DNA of 64,000 nt from Candidatus Aminicenantes bacterium (GCA_041303965.1 JBFYOD010000001.1:30552-94551), one strand, 5' to 3'; shown: positions 37,716 to 47,290, numbered from the stretch's first letter. The notes: generated by a model not told the origin, from the letters alone. Translations and numbers: made by a program.

Positions 37716-38444
37716 TCAGCGCTTGAGAACGGCCATGGCCAGGACCGGATTGACTTCGTGCCAGCCGCGGCCCGGCTGGGCGTCGTACCGGGCCGCGCCG
37801 TAGACGCGCACGCGGCTGCCCGGCGAGGGGATGGTCAGGCCGCCGAGATCCCTGACCTCGCAGATCACGAACGGCTCCGGCCTAAGCGGGGCTTCGACCA
37901 GCTTGATATGCAGACTCTTTTCGTGCTCGTCGAAATACACGTCCTCGACGAACCCCTCCGTAACGACCCGGAATTCGGAGTTCGAAGAGAACTCGGCGAT
38001 GCGCACGGGCGAATAGCCCCGGAGCAACGGGGCGTCTTCGGTCCGGACGGCGCCGGCGACCGCCCGCGGAGGGATCTTCCGCAAAAACACGACGAGGAGA
38101 ACGGCTTGCGTCAGCACCAGCACGATGAGGGCCCGGACCGCGAGCGGCGTCGATAACGTCTGAAGGAGTTTTCCGCCGGCCCGCGCCGGACGGCCGTGCC
38201 GGTCGAGATCCGCGTCGGTCGCCGCCCAGACCTCCTCGAACTCCGGCGGCCGATGACCGGGATCCGACGCGAGCCGGCCGAACTGCCGCCCGGCCTCGTG
38301 GCCCGAGCGAAGCCGGGCCAACAACTCCTCGCATTCCCGGCAGGCCCCCAAGTGCCGTTCTATGAGCTTCGCTTTGCCGGGCGCGACTCCGCCTTCGAGG
38401 TAGGCCACGAATCTCCTTCGGAGGAAAAAGCACCGATATCTCAT
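37716..38444 (-). CDS. Anti-sigma factor (zf-HC2 type) with one TM and an extracytoplasmic domain
   Basis: N-terminal HLGACRECEELL motif, TM segment LAVRALIVLVLTQAVLLVVFL, directly downstream of the ECF sigma gene. Confidence 0.7.
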   Translation of the reverse strand: MRYRCFFLRRRFVAYLEGGVAPGKAKLIERHLGACRECEELLARLRSGHEAGRQFGRLASDPGHRPPEFEEVWAATDADLDRHGRPARAGGKLLQTLSTPLAVRALIVLVLTQAVLLVVFLRKIPPRAVAGAVRTEDAPLLRGYSPVRIAEFSSNSEFRVVTEGFVEDVYFDEHEKSLHIKLVEAPLRPEPFVICEVRDLGGLTIPSPGSRVRVYGAARYDAQPGRGWHEVNPVLAMAVLKR

Positions 38445-38472
38445 CCTCGAAGCTCCCGGCCATCGAGCCTTT

Positions 38473-39069
38473 TCATAGGAGTTCCTTAAATGGCCGCAGA
38501 CGCATTTCGAGCTCCACCAGGGCCCGGTTCAGTCTCGAAGCCACCGTTCCGGGCGGACACCCGAGGATCCGGCTCATCTCCATGTAGGACAGGTCTTCCA
38601 CGTATTTGAGGACGACGACTTCGCGCATCTTGAAGGGCAGCTGCATCACCGCGTCTCGAAGGGCGGCCTTGCGCGCTTCCTCCAGGTCGGATATGCGCGC
38701 CCTATCGATCTCGTCGCCGCTGCCGACGATGGCCTCGAGCGGGACGTACGGGACTTGGCGGTTGCGTAGATGGTTAAGGCATTCGTTGTGAGCGATCCGG
38801 TAGATCCAGGTGAACAGGCCGGACTGGAACCGGAAGCCGCCGAGGCCCCGGAACGCTTTAAAAAAAACGTTCTGGAGGACGTCTTGAGCTTGAAGCGGGT
38901 CCCCGACCAAAGAAACGACCAAGGCCCAAACCGGATCGCGATAGGCCTGGTAGAGTTCCCGAAACGCCTGCGCGTCGCCGCGTCGCGCGGCCTGCACGAT
39001 GCTCCGCTCCCGATCGGCCGGGAGACATCCCAACGCCGCCGTTTGAAGGGAAGAGTATCCTGGAGCCAC
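38473..39069 (-). CDS. ECF-type RNA polymerase sigma-70 factor
   Basis: ...FRELYQAYRDPVWALVVSLVGD...TWIYRIAHNECLNHLR...REVVVLKYVEDLSYMEMSRILGCPPGTVASRLNRA. Confidence 0.9.
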   Translation of the reverse strand: MAPGYSSLQTAALGCLPADRERSIVQAARRGDAQAFRELYQAYRDPVWALVVSLVGDPLQAQDVLQNVFFKAFRGLGGFRFQSGLFTWIYRIAHNECLNHLRNRQVPYVPLEAIVGSGDEIDRARISDLEEARKAALRDAVMQLPFKMREVVVLKYVEDLSYMEMSRILGCPPGTVASRLNRALVELEMRLRPFKELL

Positions 39070-39207
39070 GGCGCCAATTTAGCCCTGCCCGGAAACGGTG
39101 TCAAGGCATTTCCTCGACGGGCCGAACCGGTCACGCCGTTCCGCCGATCCCGCGTCCCGCACTTGACGAAGCGCGCGGCCCCGGGTATGCTGATGCAGGA
39201 TATCAGC

Positions 39208-39396
39208 ATGCCTATCAGCGCCTCCCTTCTGGCCGTTCTGGCCTGTCCCCTATGTAAGGCCGACGTCAAGGTCACGGCAGACGAAAAAGGCCTGAAGTGC
39301 GTTTCGTGCCATCGCGTCTACCCGATCAAGGACGACATCCCGGTCATGATCATCGACGAGGCCGCGGTCGAACCGGGCCGGGCTGACAAGGCCTGA
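39208..39396 (+). CDS. Trm112-family small zinc-ribbon-like protein
   Basis: MPISASLLAVLACPLCKADVKV...LKCVSCHRVYPIKDDIPVMIIDEA. In-frame ATGs at 39187 and 39193 are also possible. Confidence 0.75.
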   Translation: MPISASLLAVLACPLCKADVKVTADEKGLKCVSCHRVYPIKDDIPVMIIDEAAVEPGRADKA

Positions 39397-39398
39397 CC

Positions 39399-40868
39399 AT
39401 GTGCGGTGTCATCGGCATCTGGGGCAACGGCCCCGTGATACGGGACCTCTACCAAGGCCTTCTGGCCATCCAGCATCGGGGCCAGGATTCGGCCGGTGTC
39501 ATCACCTTCGACGGGCGCTTCCACACAAAAAAGGGCAACGGGCTCGTCCACGACATCTTCACTCCCGAGGCCATCCTGCCCCTGCGCGGCTCGATCGGCG
39601 TCGGCCACACCCGCTATCCCACGATCGGCGGCGGCGGCGGCGAGGACGCCCAGCCCTTCCAGATCAACTCGCCTTTCGGCATCATCATGGCCCACAACGG
39701 GAACGTGGCCAACTACCGGGAGCTCCGCGACGAGCTCTTCGAGGAGCACCATCGGCTGCTCAACTCCGACTGCGACCTGGAGATCCTCCTCAACATCTTC
39801 GCCGAATCCCTGGCCCGAGAACGAACGAAGGACCTGGCGCCCGAGCACATCTTCCGGGCCGTCGAGGCCGTCTTCGACAAGGTCAGAGGCAGCTATTCGG
39901 TGGTCGCCTACATCGCCGGGCAGGGCCTGGTGGCTTTCCGTGACCCCTACGGGATCAAACCGCTCGTTTACGGCGTCCGCCGCGACGGCCTCCTTCCTTC
40001 CTTCGCGATCGCCTCGGAAACGGTCAGCCTGAACATCATGAACTTCGGCGAGATCAAGGACATCGAGGCGGGAGAGGTCCTTTTCATCGACAAGGGCCGG
40101 GCCCCTCACAAGAAGAGGATCCGCCGGGCCTGCCCGTCGCCCTGCCTCTTCGAGTGGGTCTATTTCGCCCGGCCCGACTCGTTCATCGACAAGGTCAACG
40201 TCTACAAGTGCCGGGTCAACCTCGGCCGGTCCCTGGCCCGGGAGATCCGCCGGCGCAAGCTGGCCATCGACGTCGTCGTGCCCGTCCCCGATTCCGCCCG
40301 CGACGCCGCCATCGAGATCGCCCGCAAGCTCAACCTGAAGTACAGCGAGGCCCTGGTCAAGAACCGCTACATCGGCCGGACCTTCATCATGCCCGCGGCG
40401 GAAAAGCGGAGAGACTCCGTCCGCCAGAAGCTCAATCCCATCGCCTCGGAGATCCGGGGAAAAAGGGTCCTCCTCGTCGACGACAGCATCGTCCGGGGCA
40501 ACACCTCCAAGGCCATCATCGAGATGATCCGCGAGTGCGGGGCGAAGAAGGTCTATTTCGCCTCCTACTCGCCGCCCCTCCGCTACCCCTGTGTCTACGG
40601 CATCGACATGCAGACGAAGACGGAGTTCGTCGCCCAGGACGCCGACGAGGCCGCCGTGGCCCGGAAGATCGGCGCCGACAAGGTCATCTACCAGTCGCTA
40701 GCCGATCTGAAAAAGGCGGTCCGGACCGAGAACCCGAAGATCACGAATTTTTGCGCCGCCTGCTTCGACGGCATCTACCCGACGGGGGACATCACGCCGG
40801 ACCTGCTCGAGGACATCGAGGCCGACCGCAAGCTCCACCAGGACAACCAGCTCGAGCTGCCCATCTGA
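39399..40868 (+). CDS. purF: Amidophosphoribosyltransferase
   Basis: MCGVIGIWGN...LQHRGQDSAGV...VLLVDDSIVRGNTS... Confidence 0.97.
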   Translation: MCGVIGIWGNGPVIRDLYQGLLAIQHRGQDSAGVITFDGRFHTKKGNGLVHDIFTPEAILPLRGSIGVGHTRYPTIGGGGGEDAQPFQINSPFGIIMAHNGNVANYRELRDELFEEHHRLLNSDCDLEILLNIFAESLARERTKDLAPEHIFRAVEAVFDKVRGSYSVVAYIAGQGLVAFRDPYGIKPLVYGVRRDGLLPSFAIASETVSLNIMNFGEIKDIEAGEVLFIDKGRAPHKKRIRRACPSPCLFEWVYFARPDSFIDKVNVYKCRVNLGRSLAREIRRRKLAIDVVVPVPDSARDAAIEIARKLNLKYSEALVKNRYIGRTFIMPAAEKRRDSVRQKLNPIASEIRGKRVLLVDDSIVRGNTSKAIIEMIRECGAKKVYFASYSPPLRYPCVYGIDMQTKTEFVAQDADEAAVARKIGADKVIYQSLADLKKAVRTENPKITNFCAACFDGIYPTGDITPDLLEDIEADRKLHQDNQLELPI

Positions 40869-40878
40869 GGCGGCCCGC

Positions 40879-41874
40879 TCAGAGCGATCGCGTCCGGACC
40901 TTCCGCCACCAGCTCCTGTTCGAAGCGTACCAGCGAACCGTCTTCTTGAGCCCCTCCGCGAACGGCGTCTCCGGTTCCCAGCCCAGGGCCCGGATGAGTC
41001 CCGAGTCCATGGCGTATCGGCGGTCGTGGCCGGGCCGGTCGGGGACGAACTGGATGAGCTCATGGGGCGCGTCGAGCGCGACCAAGATGCGCCGGGCAAG
41101 ATCGATGTTCGTCAGTTCGACGCCGCCCCCGACGTTGTAGACGCTCCCGAGCCGACCCTTCAGAACGGCCGCTTCGACGGCCCGGCAATGGTCCTCGACG
41201 TAGAGCCAGTCCCTGACGTTCAGCCCGTCGCCGAACAAGGGGATCGTCTTGCCTTCGAGGGCGTTGGTCAGGAAAAGCGGGATGAGCTTCTCGGGGAATT
41301 GGCCCGGGCCGAAGGTGTTGCTCGGGCGGAGGACGATCGTCGGCAGGCCGTAGGTCACGTGGTAAGCCCGGGCGAGATGGTCCCCGGCGGCCTTGGTCGC
41401 CGCGTAGGGGGAGGACGGCTGGAGGGGATCAGTTTCCCGGGCGGCACGTCCCGTCCGGCTGCCGTAGACCTCGTCGGTCGAAACATGGATGAAGAACTCG
41501 ACGGCCGGGAAGGCCCGGAGGGCATCGAGGAGCGTGTAGGTGCCGTGGACGTTGGACAGGACGAACTCGCCGGCGTCGTAGATCGACCGGTCGACGTGGG
41601 TCTCGGCGGCGAAATGGACGACGCCCTGGACGCAGGCGAAGGCGCGCCGGACGAGGGCCTTGTCGCGGATGTCGCCGAGGATGAATTCGTAGCGCGGGTC
41701 TTCCTGGACGTCGCTCAGGTTGTCGAGGTTCCCGGCATAGGTCAGCTTGTCCAGGTTGATGACCCGCGTCGACGGATGGCGGTGGAGGACCATCCGGATA
41801 AAATGACTGCCGATGAAGCCCGCCCCGCCCGTCACGAGGATCGTCTTGGCGTCAAGGGTCCGCTCCGAACTCAT
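40879..41874 (-). CDS. rfbB: dTDP-glucose 4,6-dehydratase
   Basis: ILVTGGAGFIGSHF...LDKLTYAGN...SPYAATKAAGDHL... Confidence 0.92.
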   Translation of the reverse strand: MSSERTLDAKTILVTGGAGFIGSHFIRMVLHRHPSTRVINLDKLTYAGNLDNLSDVQEDPRYEFILGDIRDKALVRRAFACVQGVVHFAAETHVDRSIYDAGEFVLSNVHGTYTLLDALRAFPAVEFFIHVSTDEVYGSRTGRAARETDPLQPSSPYAATKAAGDHLARAYHVTYGLPTIVLRPSNTFGPGQFPEKLIPLFLTNALEGKTIPLFGDGLNVRDWLYVEDHCRAVEAAVLKGRLGSVYNVGGGVELTNIDLARRILVALDAPHELIQFVPDRPGHDRRYAMDSGLIRALGWEPETPFAEGLKKTVRWYASNRSWWRKVRTRSL

Positions 41875-41890
41875 GGTCGTCCTCCCGTCC

Positions 41891-44098
41891 CTAGAATCCG
41901 AACCCCCCCAGGAAATCGAGCGTTTTGCCGATCGTGCCGAGGCCCAGCGACACCCTGATCTGGGTGTCCGGCCGGTCGCGGAAATAGAAGACCCGAACGT
42001 CGACCAGGACGTCGATACACTGGTAATGGTAGGTCGCCTGGGCGCCGGTATAGAGGAGCCGCCGTTCTTTGATGTTGTAGTCCGCCTCGAGCTGAAGGTC
42101 GAGCGAAAGGCGGGGCAGCCGCAGCCCGCCGAAAACGCCGACCTGGTCGCGGTTGTAGAGCGATAGGAGCGCGGGGTCGATCCCCGTGACCCAGGAATTC
42201 CGGCTGGAGAACCAGCTCAGGGTCAGGAAATCGCCGTCCCCTTTCGAGCCGGCCGTGGCGCTAAGCCTCAGGCTGGACAAGCTTTTGTAATACGGGTTGT
42301 AGGCGGCCGAGGCGTCGAAGCTGAACTTGGCCTGCGGATAGAACCGGAGCGTCCCGGCGATCTCCGAGAACCTGGGCGCCTTGCCGTCGACGGGAAAACG
42401 GGACAGGGGGCCGTCTTCAGGGGAGAAATAGAAGGTCTGGCCCAGCCCGAGGGAAAAGACCTCGACCGCCCTGTCTCCGGTCTTGAACAGGAACCGGCTG
42501 GTGACGCCGTAGCTCATCTGGTGGTAGCGGAAAAAGCCGTAGGACGTCACGACCCGGTCGGACTGGTTTGTCGGGCTGTCATAGGAATAATGGACGTAAG
42601 GCTCGACGATGTTCTTGAGCCGGGCTTGGCCGTCCCGGCCATAGAAGATCCGGTAGAAGACGGGCCCGACGACCTCGATCCCGGCGACAAGGTTCCGAGT
42701 GAACAGTGGCTTGTCGACGATCCCGCCGGTCTCCGGATCGAGGCTCTGGCCGTAATACGATAGGTTCGCCGTGACCGAGGTCGTCGCGGTGAGCCAGGGG
42801 ATCGAGGAAAACGGCAGGCTCAGCGTCGGGCTGACGGCGAAGCGGGCCGAGCGGCGCTCGGTCCCGGCTGCGTACTGCGACTTCCAGCCGTATTGCCATC
42901 GGTTGAAGGACGTGCTCAGCGAGAAAAAGAGCGCCGAGAAGAGCTTCGTCTTGAAGACGTTGAAGTTTATCTGGGGAAGGGACGTCGTGACGTTGGCGTC
43001 GTCGAGCTGCGAGAAATAGGTCTCGAAGCGCGACACGCGGGCGCTCAGGTTGAACCGGCGCCACGACCGGGTGAGATAGGCCTGGCTGGTGCGGTTGTAG
43101 ACCAGGGCCCGTTGGAAATTGTTGTCGAATTCCCGGAGGAAGCTGTAGGAGGACTGGTAGTCGACGTTGGCGACGAGGCTAAAACCGAGGGGCAGGGCCT
43201 GGGTGTGGTTGAGGCGGACGATGGACGAATTGCCGGGCTTCTCCCCCAGGGCGTCCCTCTTGGTGAAGAAATAATAGAGGTTGAGGTCGCCCTTCGTCCC
43301 GCCCGGGAAAAGGTACCTGTACTCGAGGCCCGCGCCGGTGCCGCGCGAGAGATAGAGGTCGACGCCGATCGTGGCGTCCATGTTGGCGGCGATGGCCCAA
43401 AAGAAGCTCTGGGACACGGCCAATCCCTTCGGACCGCCGAAGCCGAACCGGGGCAGAAGGAAGCCCGTGGCCCGCTCCCGAAGCGGGTACCGCAGGTACG
43501 GCAGATAGAGGACGGGGACACTTTTCACCCGGACGACGGCGTCCCACATCTCCAGGTAGTCGTCTTTTTTCAGATTGGCCTTGGACAGGCCGAAGCTCCA
43601 GCGCGGATTCGGCTGGGTGCAAGCCGTGATCCGGGCGTTCGTCAGGCTGAAGAAGTCCTCGCGCTTCCGCTCGAGGCTCTCGGCCTCGAAAAAGAGGGAA
43701 GGCTGGATGATGCCCGAGGCTTCCTCGACCGTCCCCCGCCCGGTTTCGAGGTTGAAGAGGACGCGTTCGGCCCGGATGACTTCGCCTCCCGACTGGGCGA
43801 CGACGTTACCTTCGGCCAGGACGTCCTTCGTCTCGATGTTGTACTCGACCCGGTCGGCGAAGAGGAGGAGCTCGCGGTAACGGACTTCGACGTCGCCCGA
43901 AGCGAAGACCCGGTCTTTCGTTGTCTCCTGGTTCCGAGCCAGGATCTTGACCTCGGCCGAACCGCCGGGGCCGGCTTGAGCGGCCGCGGTTTGCGGGACG
44001 GAGGTTTGTGAGACGAGCGTCACCGGCAGCGCCAGTCCGGCCAGGCAGAGCCAGGCGAGGAGGCGCGGCCGAGGACGCGGGGAAGGACAATACTCCAT
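41891..44098 (-). CDS. lptD: LPS-assembly outer-membrane protein LptD (OstA family)
   Basis: N-terminal OstA-like region (...FASGDVEVRYRELLLFADRVEYNIETKDVLAEGNVV...) and a large beta-barrel. ATG at 44098, or TTG at 44134. Confidence 0.85.
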   Translation of the reverse strand: MEYCPSPRPRPRLLAWLCLAGLALPVTLVSQTSVPQTAAAQAGPGGSAEVKILARNQETTKDRVFASGDVEVRYRELLLFADRVEYNIETKDVLAEGNVVAQSGGEVIRAERVLFNLETGRGTVEEASGIIQPSLFFEAESLERKREDFFSLTNARITACTQPNPRWSFGLSKANLKKDDYLEMWDAVVRVKSVPVLYLPYLRYPLRERATGFLLPRFGFGGPKGLAVSQSFFWAIAANMDATIGVDLYLSRGTGAGLEYRYLFPGGTKGDLNLYYFFTKRDALGEKPGNSSIVRLNHTQALPLGFSLVANVDYQSSYSFLREFDNNFQRALVYNRTSQAYLTRSWRRFNLSARVSRFETYFSQLDDANVTTSLPQINFNVFKTKLFSALFFSLSTSFNRWQYGWKSQYAAGTERRSARFAVSPTLSLPFSSIPWLTATTSVTANLSYYGQSLDPETGGIVDKPLFTRNLVAGIEVVGPVFYRIFYGRDGQARLKNIVEPYVHYSYDSPTNQSDRVVTSYGFFRYHQMSYGVTSRFLFKTGDRAVEVFSLGLGQTFYFSPEDGPLSRFPVDGKAPRFSEIAGTLRFYPQAKFSFDASAAYNPYYKSLSSLRLSATAGSKGDGDFLTLSWFSSRNSWVTGIDPALLSLYNRDQVGVFGGLRLPRLSLDLQLEADYNIKERRLLYTGAQATYHYQCIDVLVDVRVFYFRDRPDTQIRVSLGLGTIGKTLDFLGGFGF

Positions 44099-44143
44099 CG
44101 TTTGATATTTAGCACACCGACCGTGGAGAAGCAAACGCCGGGC

Positions 44144-44380
44144 TCAAGCGTCCGGCGGCTCGTCCTTCATCTGTTTTTTAAGCGCCCGGAAAAGGCTGAG
44201 CAGCCCGGAGACGATGCCGAGCACGGTGAAAGAGAGAAGGAGCCAGGGAGCCGTGCCGAGCCAGCGGTCGAGGAAGTAGCCGAAAAAGAGCCCGACGCCG
44301 ATCGAGGACGGCAGGATGAGGCCGAGCGAGCTCAGCTCGGCCAGCCGCCTCAGATCCGGTCGCCGGGGCTTGCCGTTCAT
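44144..44380 (-). CDS. AtpZ/AtpI-like small membrane protein (ATPase_gene1-type)
   Basis: 78 aa, ...LGLILPSSIGVGLFFGYFLDRWLGTAPWLLLSFTVLGIVSGLL, typical of AtpZ-like proteins. TGATG overlap with the upstream ORF. Confidence 0.65.
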   Translation of the reverse strand: MNGKPRRPDLRRLAELSSLGLILPSSIGVGLFFGYFLDRWLGTAPWLLLSFTVLGIVSGLLSLFRALKKQMKDEPPDA

Positions 44381-44733
44381 CAGGCCGGGGTCGGTCCCTC
44401 GCCGCCCGCCTCCGTCTCGAACCTCCCCGGCCTGCCCGCCCAGGCATCGCCCTCGTTGACCAGGGCGTTGCAGCCGAAGCCGAAGCCGAAAGCCAGGCAG
44501 AAGAGCTTGAACAGCTCCTCGAATCCCTGCCCGGCGGCGCCGGCTTCGAACCGGGGGAAGATGATAAGGGTCAGGAAGAGGCCGATGGCCGCGGAGGCCA
44601 ATGCCGAATAGAAATAGCGGCGGCCGAAGCCCCTGACCTTGCCTTCCTTGACCTTGCGCAGCCAGGGCAGAAGGGTGCGGGCCAGGATGCCCAGAAGAAG
44701 GCCGAAAAACTTGACCAGGAATGCCGTGGACAT
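44380..44733 (-). CDS. Hypothetical small membrane protein
   Basis: MSTAFLVKFFGLLLGILARTLL... with 3 hydrophobic segments, coupled to the AtpZ-like gene. Start uncertain. Confidence 0.45.
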   Translation of the reverse strand: MSTAFLVKFFGLLLGILARTLLPWLRKVKEGKVRGFGRRYFYSALASAAIGLFLTLIIFPRFEAGAAGQGFEELFKLFCLAFGFGFGCNALVNEGDAWAGRPGRFETEAGGEGPTPA

Positions 44734-44857
44734 GGCGTTTTGCCTCCCGGGTGTCTCGCTCGTTCCGGGCCCTATTCTCAGAGAAGCGCGGAGGGAAGTC
44801 AAGGAAGGGCCGGATCTCTTTCGGCGACAGGGGCGAAGGTGCTATACTAGCCCCGTT

Positions 44858-45259
44858 ATGGAGCCCGAAAAGACGGACGCCCTCGAAGAGCGCATCCTCC
44901 GCCGGATCCCCGTCGAGATCCTGGCCGCCTCGGCCGTCCTGGCCCTGCCGGCGATGCTCCTCTTCGACCTTCTGACCGGGCTCGTCTTCTTCGCCGGCGG
45001 GGCGTTCTCGGCCCTGGGCTTCGCCGGGCTCAAGCAATCGCTGACCCGTTTTCTCGCCCGCGAGAAGAAGGGCGCCCTGCGCTCCGCGATCATCCTCTAC
45101 GCGCTGCGCCTGGTGTTGATTTGCGCCGTCTTTTTACTTATAATCCTCGTCTATCCGAAGAAGATCCTCGCCTTCGGCGCCGGCTTTTCCGTGCTCGTCC
45201 TGGTATCTCTCGTCGAAGGTATCCGGGCCCTTCTTCTCCTGAGAACATGGAAGGACTAG
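44858..45259 (+). CDS. atpI: ATP synthase protein I-like membrane protein
   Basis: 133 aa, hydrophobic, directly upstream of and overlapping atpB by 13 nt. Confidence 0.55.
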   Translation: MEPEKTDALEERILRRIPVEILAASAVLALPAMLLFDLLTGLVFFAGGAFSALGFAGLKQSLTRFLAREKKGALRSAIILYALRLVLICAVFLLIILVYPKKILAFGAGFSVLVLVSLVEGIRALLLLRTWKD

Positions 45260-45990
45260 AACACAGCCTCTGGGTCGTCGAGGCCTTCAACCGCGTCTTC
45301 GGCCCGCCCCTCGCCGCGGTCCTCGGCCTCGTCGGGATCAAGGTCCCCGACCCGCTCCACGTCGTCCCCGACTACCTGGTCATGGTCCTGATCGTGACCG
45401 TCACCCTGATCGTCGTGCTCGGCTTGGCCTCGCGGCGGTTATCCATGGTCCCCCGGGGACGCCAGAACATCATCGAGATGATCGTCCAGCTCTTCGAAGG
45501 GCTGGTCGTCGACACCGTCGGCCCGGAGGGGCGGAAATACCTGCCGGTCATCGGCACCGTGGGCCTCTTCGTCTTCGGCTGCAACATGATCGGCCTCTTC
45601 CCCGGCTTCATGTCGCCGACGAGCAAGCTCAACGCCACCCTCGGCTGCGCCCTGGTCGTTTTTTTCTACTACCACGCCCAGGGCGTCAAGGCCCAGGGGC
45701 TCAAGTACTTTAAGCATTTCATGGGCCCCATCCCGGCCCTGGCCCCGCTGATGATCCCGATCGAGATCATCAGCCACTTTTCGCGGCCGGTATCCCTGTC
45801 CATGCGGCTTTTCGGCAACATTTTCGCCGAGGAGCTGCTCATTGTCATCATGGCCTCGATCATCCCCTTCCTCCTGCCCCTGCCGTTCATGGCCGTGGCC
45901 ATTTTCACCTCGATCATCCAGTCGTTCGTCTTCGTCCTCTTGTCCTGCATCTACATCGCGGGCGCCGTCGCCCATGAAGAAGAGCATTAA
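45247..45990 (+). CDS. atpB: F-type ATP synthase F0 subunit a
   Basis: ...FGCNMIGLFPGFMSPTS...SLSMRLFGNIFAEELL... with the conserved Arg in LSMRLFGN. Confidence 0.93.
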   Translation: MEGLEHSLWVVEAFNRVFGPPLAAVLGLVGIKVPDPLHVVPDYLVMVLIVTVTLIVVLGLASRRLSMVPRGRQNIIEMIVQLFEGLVVDTVGPEGRKYLPVIGTVGLFVFGCNMIGLFPGFMSPTSKLNATLGCALVVFFYYHAQGVKAQGLKYFKHFMGPIPALAPLMIPIEIISHFSRPVSLSMRLFGNIFAEELLIVIMASIIPFLLPLPFMAVAIFTSIIQSFVFVLLSCIYIAGAVAHEEEH

Positions 45991-46008
45991 ACGAAAAGGA
46001 GTTCCGTC

Positions 46009-46362
46009 ATGTCCAAGAAACTCAAAGCCATGAGCCTGATGTTTTTCGGGGTCGCCCTGATGGCGCTGCCCTTGCTTGCCCAGGACGCCGCGGCCGCCGA
46101 AGCCCACGCCGGACTGTTCAAGCTGTCGCTCATCGTCGGCGCGGCTATCATCACCCTGTCCGTCGCCGCCGGGGCCTTCTGCCAGGCCAAGGCCATCAGC
46201 AGCGCCTGCGAGGGGATCTCCCGGAACCCGGCCGGAGCCCCGCACATCCGTTTCCTCCTCGTCTTCGGGCTCGTCCTCATCGAGACCCTGGTCATTTACG
46301 CCCTGCTCATCACCATCATCATCCTGATGGTCCAGTGGGGGAACTACGTGATAAAGGCCTAG
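46009..46362 (+). CDS. atpE: F-type ATP synthase F0 subunit c with N-terminal signal-peptide-like extension
   Basis: ...CQAKAISSACEGISRNPAG...FGLVLIETLVIYALL, a c-subunit hairpin with RNP loop and carboxylate E, preceded by MSKKLKAMSLMFFGVALMALPLLAQDAAAAEA. Confidence 0.9.
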   Translation: MSKKLKAMSLMFFGVALMALPLLAQDAAAAEAHAGLFKLSLIVGAAIITLSVAAGAFCQAKAISSACEGISRNPAGAPHIRFLLVFGLVLIETLVIYALLITIIILMVQWGNYVIKA

Positions 46363-46390
46363 CGACCGAGGCCCCTCAGACCCGGAGCGG

Positions 46391-47290
46391 ATGACACGCT
46401 CGACGCTTCAGCTACTGACCGCGTCCTTCAAGCGGTTCAACGGGGACAAGTGTTGGACCTCGGCTATCGTCGTATCCTATTTCTCGCTCCTCTGCAGCGT
46501 CCCCCTGATCGCCCTGTTCTTCGCCGCGGCGGCGAGGTTCCTGGGCGACACGGAGATCGCCCTGCGCAGCCTCAACATTTTCACCGACGATTTTTTCGCC
46601 AAGCTCGACCCGGGCTTTTTCAAGAGCCTCGGGGACCTGTCCGGCGCCGTCGGCCAGCTCGGCTTGTTCGGCGTCGTCGGTTCGCTCATCTCGGCCAGCT
46701 TTCTCTTCTCGAGCCTCATCGCGGCGATCAACCAGATCTTCCGGACGAAGTACCACAAGTCCTTCTTTTACAACCGGCTCATGGAATTCCTGCTCATGTT
46801 CGTCGTCGGCATCTTCATGGTCTTCTCGCTGGCCATGACCGCCGTCTGGACCGCCATCGGCCGGACCCTTCAGGAGAGCGAACTCGTCCGGACCGGCCTC
46901 AACCCTGAGGCCTTCGCCGTCATCAACAACGTCTTCCTGAAATACGTCATCCCCTACGTCCTGACCTTCCTGATGTTCTTCATCCTTTACAAGTTCATTC
47001 CCGAGGTCAAGGTCCATACGCGGGCGGCGCTCATCCCGGCCGCGGTCGCGGCCCTGCTCTTCGAGTTCTTCAAGCGGATGTTCGCCTTCTACGTCGTCCA
47101 CTTCTCGGCGGTCGGCATCGTCCTGAACAAGCTCCTCCAGGGCACGCTGACCTCGATCATCTTCTTCCTGCTCTGGATCTCCGCCTCGATGCTCATCCTG
47201 TTTTGGGGGGCGGAATTGGCGGCGGTGCTCAACGAGGAGTACGACGCGGCAGCGGCCCTCAAGATACAGCCGGCGCCTGCCGCTAAGTGA
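46391..47290 (+). CDS. YihY/BrkB-family inner membrane protein
   Basis: 299 aa, ...[30 protein letters not shown]..., multi-TM. Confidence 0.85.
   Translation: MTRSTLQLLTASFKRFNGDKCWTSAIVVSYFSLLCSVPLIALFFAAAARFLGDTEIALRSLNIFTDDFFAKLDPGFFKSLGDLSGAVGQLGLFGVVGSLISASFLFSSLIAAINQIFRTKYHKSFFYNRLMEFLLMFVVGIFMVFSLAMTAVWTAIGRTLQESELVRTGLNPEAFAVINNVFLKYVIPYVLTFLMFFILYKFIPEVKVHTRAALIPAAVAALLFEFFKRMFAFYVVHFSAVGIVLNKLLQGTLTSIIFFLLWISASMLILFWGAELAAVLNEEYDAAAALKIQPAPAAK

Noticed and set aside
38860-38867. A8 homopolymer (T8 in the coding sense) inside the ECF sigma gene as a possible phase-variation tract
   Set aside because: It simply encodes Phe-Phe-Lys in frame (NVFFKAF). Similar short A/T runs encode Lys/Phe in topA, xerC and carB. 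There is no evidence of slippage from a single sequence.
44102-44611. 169-aa plus-strand ORF between lptD and the atp genes
   Set aside because: The composition is not protein-like (P/A/E/R-rich, no hydrophobic core). The opposite strand encodes an AtpZ-like membrane protein with a recognisable motif.
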